A stretch of 64,000 nt of DNA from a virus (taxonomy: Duplodnaviria > Caudoviricetes): positions 41,955-105,954 of the IMG/VR virus record IMGVR_UViG_3300032007_000049; one strand, written 5' to 3'. The position numbers were made by a program, and so were the translations under genes. The notes below the pieces were generated by a model that did no database searches, was not told the origin of the DNA, and saw only the letters and a list, made by a program, of their open reading frames with translations. Below, piece by piece: positions 59,910 through 64,000 of the stretch (position 1 is its first letter; every line of letters starts with the position of its first letter).

Positions 59910-59944
59910 TACATTTTGCCTACTCCATTCTATAAATATTTTAT

Positions 59945-61024
59945 ATGAAATACAAATCAGGGATGGATTGGCATATTTATCTAGATAAAATAAATCCAGA
60001 TACAAATAAATTATATACAGAAGAAGAAGCAAAAATTCATGTTAAATCATTTAGAAAAAATTCTATTTATTATTGGTTAAAACATGGGTATTCTGAAGAA
60101 GAAGCTGAACGTAAGAGAATGGAGTTTCAGCATAGTAATATATATAAAGCTATTGATGCTGCAAAAAAAGTACCTAGTAATACGCAAATAGAGTATTATA
60201 CCCAAAAAGGATATTCAATAGAAGAAGCGAAAAAAATAATAAGTGATAGACAACGAACATTTACACTTGAGAAATGTATAGCAAAATATGGTGAACAGGA
60301 AGGGCGTAAAAGATGGAAAGATAGACAAAATAAATGGATGGAGTCTTTAAATAAAAAAACTCTAGAAGAAAAACAACAAATTAATAAACGAAAATCATTA
60401 TCTATAACACAATATATTAATAGATTCGGATTAAAAAAAGGCTTAAATGAATATTATAAATTAAGATGTATCCATAAATCAGATTTACATTTTCTTAAAC
60501 GCACTATAAAAATTATATATAAAAATAATTTCAAAAATGTTAATGATTTTTCTAAAATATATAATAAATTAAAAGATAAATATGTTTCATACAAAATAAA
60601 AGGCACGTCGTCTAGAGAATCTCTTAAAGTTTTAAAACCTCTTTATAATTATTGCATAAATCATCTAAATATGGAAAAATCAAATGTAAGGTTAGGTATT
60701 CCAGGTTCAAAAGAATTGTGTTTACGAAATCACAAAAAAATGTTTTTTTATGATTTTTGTATTATGGATAAAAAAATAATTATTGAATATAATCATTTGA
60801 TTTGGCATCCAGATCCTCGATATATGTCATTTAAACAATTTGAAAATTATAAACATCCATATTCGAAGAAAAAAACTGCGAGCAGTATATATAATTATGA
60901 CCATATAAAAATTAAATATGCAAAACAGTGTGGATATAAAGTGTTTATTATGTGGAATTTTGATGATGTTAAATATAAAATAAATGAATTAAAAAACATA
61001 ATTAAAAATGAAATTATCCATTAA
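59945..61024 (+). mobile_element. Free-standing homing endonuclease (Vsr/EDxHD-like PD-(D/E)xK) between the split gp46 halves
   Basis: N-terminal repeats YWLKHGYSEEEA / YYTQKGYSIEEA / IAKYGEQEG; C-terminal FFYDF..IIIEYNHLIWH..D..K...A...GYKVFIMW; own TATAAATA promoter. Confidence 0.8.
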
Positions 61025-63260
61025 AGATATAAGTGATTTTTATGAACAATATCCAGAATATAAAGGATGCATTGAGGTCAAAACACGTTTCGGGTATAAA
61101 AAAATAGAAGAAGCATGTATAACCAAAAGAAACGAACAGTTATTTGTTGTTGATACATTAAATCATACTATTAAAGGGTCTAAGAATCATTTATTATTTG
61201 GAAAAGATGGTTGGATTGAAATTAATTGTTTAAATCCTGGTGATTTTATATTGTGTGAAAATGGCTATGAAAAAATAATTGATGTTTATTCAACTGAAGA
61301 ATATCTCGATTTATACGATCTTCAGGTTGAAGAAGTGAAAGAATTTTATGCGAATGGTGTAGTATCCCATAATTCTTCAATAGTTGACAGTATATTTTGG
61401 TGTCTCTTTGGAGAAATGGTTCGAGGGGATCTTAAAAACGATGAAATAATCAATAACACCACTAAAAAAAATTGTTTAATTAAATTAGAATTTGAAACAA
61501 TTTTTAATGAAGAAAAAAACGATTATATTATTATAAGAGGACTTAAACCTGGTAAATTAGAATTGTATAAAAATGGTGAATCAATTACTCTTAGTAGTAA
61601 AAGCAATACTACAGAATATATTAGCGATATAATAAATGCAACACCACAAATGTTTATGAATTGTATTATAATGTCTTTAAATAATACAATCCCATTTATG
61701 GCACAAAGTAAAATAGAAAAAAGAAAATTTATTGAACAAATATTTAATTTAGATTTTTTCAATAAAATGTTACTTTCTATAAGAGATGATTTTAATAAAA
61801 CTAATAATGAATATAAAGTAATAGATGCTATTATTCAGGAAAAACAACATATTATCGAACAAAATAATGAATTATATAAACAGTATTTAATAAAATTAGA
61901 AAACAAAAAAATAAGTTTAAAAGAAAAAGAACAGCAATATATTAAAGAGATTGAAAATATTGAAAAAGATATTGAAAAATATAATAAAAAAGATAATTCG
62001 AAAGAAATATCAGAATGTGAAAATAATATTGTTAAATATACAAATGAACAACAAAAATTAGAAGAAACAATAAATGTTTTTAATCAAGAAATAAATAAAA
62101 ACGAAAAAATAATTGAAAATGAAAAAAATGAATTGTCAAAAATAGATATTAAAGATATCGAAAAAAAATATGATAAATTAAATGATGCTATAAGTAATAT
62201 AACAATTGAAAATTCTAATATTGAAAAACAAATAAATAAGTTATCAAATTTTAAAAAGGGTGATAAATGCCCAACTTGTAAAAATATAATAGATGGTGAT
62301 AATTTCGAAAATATACAACAATTAATATTATCTTTAAGTAATGATAAAAATATTCTTTTAAAAAAGATTGAAAAAATAAAAGAAGCATTAATCAAAATTG
62401 ATTATGATAATATTAAAATAAAATATGATAATCATAAAACGAATATAGAAAAATTACAAAAAGAAAATGATAAAAAAAATTCAGAATTATATACTATAAA
62501 CAATAATATATTAAATTGGGAAAAAATTATTAATAAATTAAAAGAAAAAATTATTAATTTAAAAAATATTGACGAATCTAAAAATACATATATTAATAAT
62601 TGTAATAAACAAAAAGAACAAATAAAAAAATTTTTAGAAGATATACAAAATCAATATAATAATATTAAAGATGAAAATCCTTATATAGAAATTAATAATA
62701 ACATTAAAAAAGAATTAGAAAAATCACAACAAAAATATGATAATTTGAAGCAACAACTGGATATTTTAAATACAGCTAAATTCGTTGTTTCAGAAGAAGG
62801 TATAAAATCACATATTTTAAAACAGGTTATCGATATTTTTAATAATAAAATTTTATATTATTTAAATAAATTTGAATCTAATTGTATAGTGAAATTTAAT
62901 GAAATGTTTGAAGTTATTATCACTAATGAAAAAGGAGATGAATGTTCATATTTTAATTTTTCTGGCGCGGAAAGAAAAGGCATTGATTTGGCATGTTTGT
63001 TTACTTTCATGGATATGAGACTCTTATTACATGGAATATATTATAATATTAATATATATGATGAATTAATAGATACTTCTTTAGATGAAAAAGGTATTGA
63101 ATTGGTAATTAATGAAATTAAACATCGTGTTGAAAAATATAATGAAGCTTCTTATATTATATCCCATAGAAAAGAAAGCCTCAATTATGCAACAGGTGAT
63201 ATTATTATGTTAGAAAAAGAAGATGGTATAACAAGAAAAGTTATGACAAATAATCTATGA
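61008..63260 (+). CDS. gp46: Split intein C-fragment (122 aa) fused to gp46 C-extein (Rad50/SbcC-like ATPase)
   Basis: SKNH block B, LYDLQV..FYANGVVSHN|S; then SSIVDSIFWCLFG, CPTC zinc hook, FSGAE signature, IYDE Walker B. Confidence 0.92.
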   Translation: MKLSIKDISDFYEQYPEYKGCIEVKTRFGYKKIEEACITKRNEQLFVVDTLNHTIKGSKNHLLFGKDGWIEINCLNPGDFILCENGYEKIIDVYSTEEYLDLYDLQVEEVKEFYANGVVSHNSSIVDSIFWCLFGEMVRGDLKNDEIINNTTKKNCLIKLEFETIFNEEKNDYIIIRGLKPGKLELYKNGESITLSSKSNTTEYISDIINATPQMFMNCIIMSLNNTIPFMAQSKIEKRKFIEQIFNLDFFNKMLLSIRDDFNKTNNEYKVIDAIIQEKQHIIEQNNELYKQYLIKLENKKISLKEKEQQYIKEIENIEKDIEKYNKKDNSKEISECENNIVKYTNEQQKLEETINVFNQEINKNEKIIENEKNELSKIDIKDIEKKYDKLNDAISNITIENSNIEKQINKLSNFKKGDKCPTCKNIIDGDNFENIQQLILSLSNDKNILLKKIEKIKEALIKIDYDNIKIKYDNHKTNIEKLQKENDKKNSELYTINNNILNWEKIINKLKEKIINLKNIDESKNTYINNCNKQKEQIKKFLEDIQNQYNNIKDENPYIEINNNIKKELEKSQQKYDNLKQQLDILNTAKFVVSEEGIKSHILKQVIDIFNNKILYYLNKFESNCIVKFNEMFEVIITNEKGDECSYFNFSGAERKGIDLACLFTFMDMRLLLHGIYYNINIYDELIDTSLDEKGIELVINEIKHRVEKYNEASYIISHRKESLNYATGDIIMLEKEDGITRKVMTNNL

Positions 63261-63307
63261 ATTTAAAATCTTGAATTTATTAAATATTCATTTAAAATTC
63301 TTCATAG

Positions 63308-64000
63308 ATGTATAGGAATATAGTTTATAATTCAAGAAACAAGGAATGTATAATTTTTGGATGGGATGAAAAAGGAAATAGAACTAGAAAATCTATTCCT
63401 TTTAAACCCTATATATATCTTATAACAAATAATAATAACAGTGTAGCAACTTCAATTTTTAACGAACCATTAATTAAAAAAGAATTTGAAACCCAATACG
63501 ATAGACATCGTTTTTTAAAAGATCATGAATATCCACGAGTATATAATAATCTTGATGTTCAACAAGAATGTTTAGTTGATTTATTTTGGGAAATAAATGA
63601 AACACCTGAATTTTCAAAAAATCCATTAAATATCGGATTTATAGATATTGAAACATATTCACCAAATGGGTTTCCTGATATTAGAGAAGCATCTGACGAA
63701 ATTAATGCTATTACGTTATATAGTACGTTAACAAAGACATTTTATACGTTTGGATGTAAACCTTATAAAGTAAAAGAATCTGATGTTGAATATATATATT
63801 GTGAAAATGAAAAACAATTATTAAAATTATTTGTTGATTATGTTAATAAATTAGATATTGATCTTTTATCTGCTTGGAATGGTGAAGGGTTTGACTATCC
63901 ATATATTTGTAATCGTATAATAAATGTATGTGGTGAAGAAACTTTAAAAAGATTATCACCAGTATATGAAGATATTAATAAACCTGTTTCTAATAGAGAT
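63308..64000 (+). CDS. gp43: Family B DNA polymerase (gp43-like), 5' part running off the window
   Basis: Translated by hand: MYRNIVYN..FKPYIY..FIDIETYSPNGFPD (ExoI) ..SAWNGEGFDYPYICNRI (ExoII); early promoter TTGAAT-N16-TAAAAT. Confidence 0.9.
   Translation, partial: MYRNIVYNSRNKECIIFGWDEKGNRTRKSIPFKPYIYLITNNNNSVATSIFNEPLIKKEFETQYDRHRFLKDHEYPRVYNNLDVQQECLVDLFWEINETPEFSKNPLNIGFIDIETYSPNGFPDIREASDEINAITLYSTLTKTFYTFGCKPYKVKESDVEYIYCENEKQLLKLFVDYVNKLDIDLLSAWNGEGFDYPYICNRIINVCGEETLKRLSPVYEDINKPVSNRD

Noticed and set aside
59676-61373. gp46 interruption read as a group I intron, frameshift or pseudogene
   Set aside because: Both halves carry in-frame intein motifs exactly at the junction (Cys1; His-Asn then Ser), and all ATPase motifs are intact.
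4961-62395. Many short antisense or alternate-frame ORFs in the track (e.g. 4961..5173, 9006..9245, 28445..28810, 29271..29651, 36420..36866, 59651..59914, 62084..62395)
   Set aside because: They lie within well-supported genes, have shadow-ORF composition and lack promoter motifs.
1-64000. Alternative genetic code, tRNA or rRNA genes
   Set aside because: Conserved genes are full length in the standard code, with TAG and TGA acting as stops; no cloverleaf or rRNA-like stretch was seen in the short AT-rich intergenic gaps.

Overview
This window is a very AT-rich segment of a large T4-like (Tevenvirinae-related, but strongly rearranged) myophage genome. It encodes baseplate and tail proteins (gp6, gp25, gp5, gp15, gp18, and gp26-, gp54- and gp3-like proteins) and head proteins (gp21, gp22, gp23). 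It also encodes replication and recombination genes (rnh, dTMP kinase, gp61, UvsW, UvsY, gp55, gp47, gp46 and the 5' end of gp43) and accessory genes (FolE2, a TGT/DpdA-like protein, a radical SAM enzyme, Hsp20, an aspartic protease and a large beta-helix adhesin). The clearest unusual system is a fractured gp46 (Rad50-like) gene. It is split inside its Walker A motif by an atypically split intein (28-aa IntN, 122-aa IntC), with a free-standing Vsr/EDxHD-like endonuclease gene between the halves. Other notable signals are a candidate 7-deazaguanine DNA modification pathway and two promoter classes that both sit about 5-11 nt upstream of ATG, implying near-leaderless mRNAs. About 12 late proteins have capsid-targeting-like N-termini, and LS[GAS] tripeptides are enriched in virion proteins. 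There is also a Zn-ribbon insertion in the late sigma factor, a pure-A/T 18-bp tandem array and a collapsed homing-endonuclease relic. All assignments come from motif recognition by eye; no searches were run.
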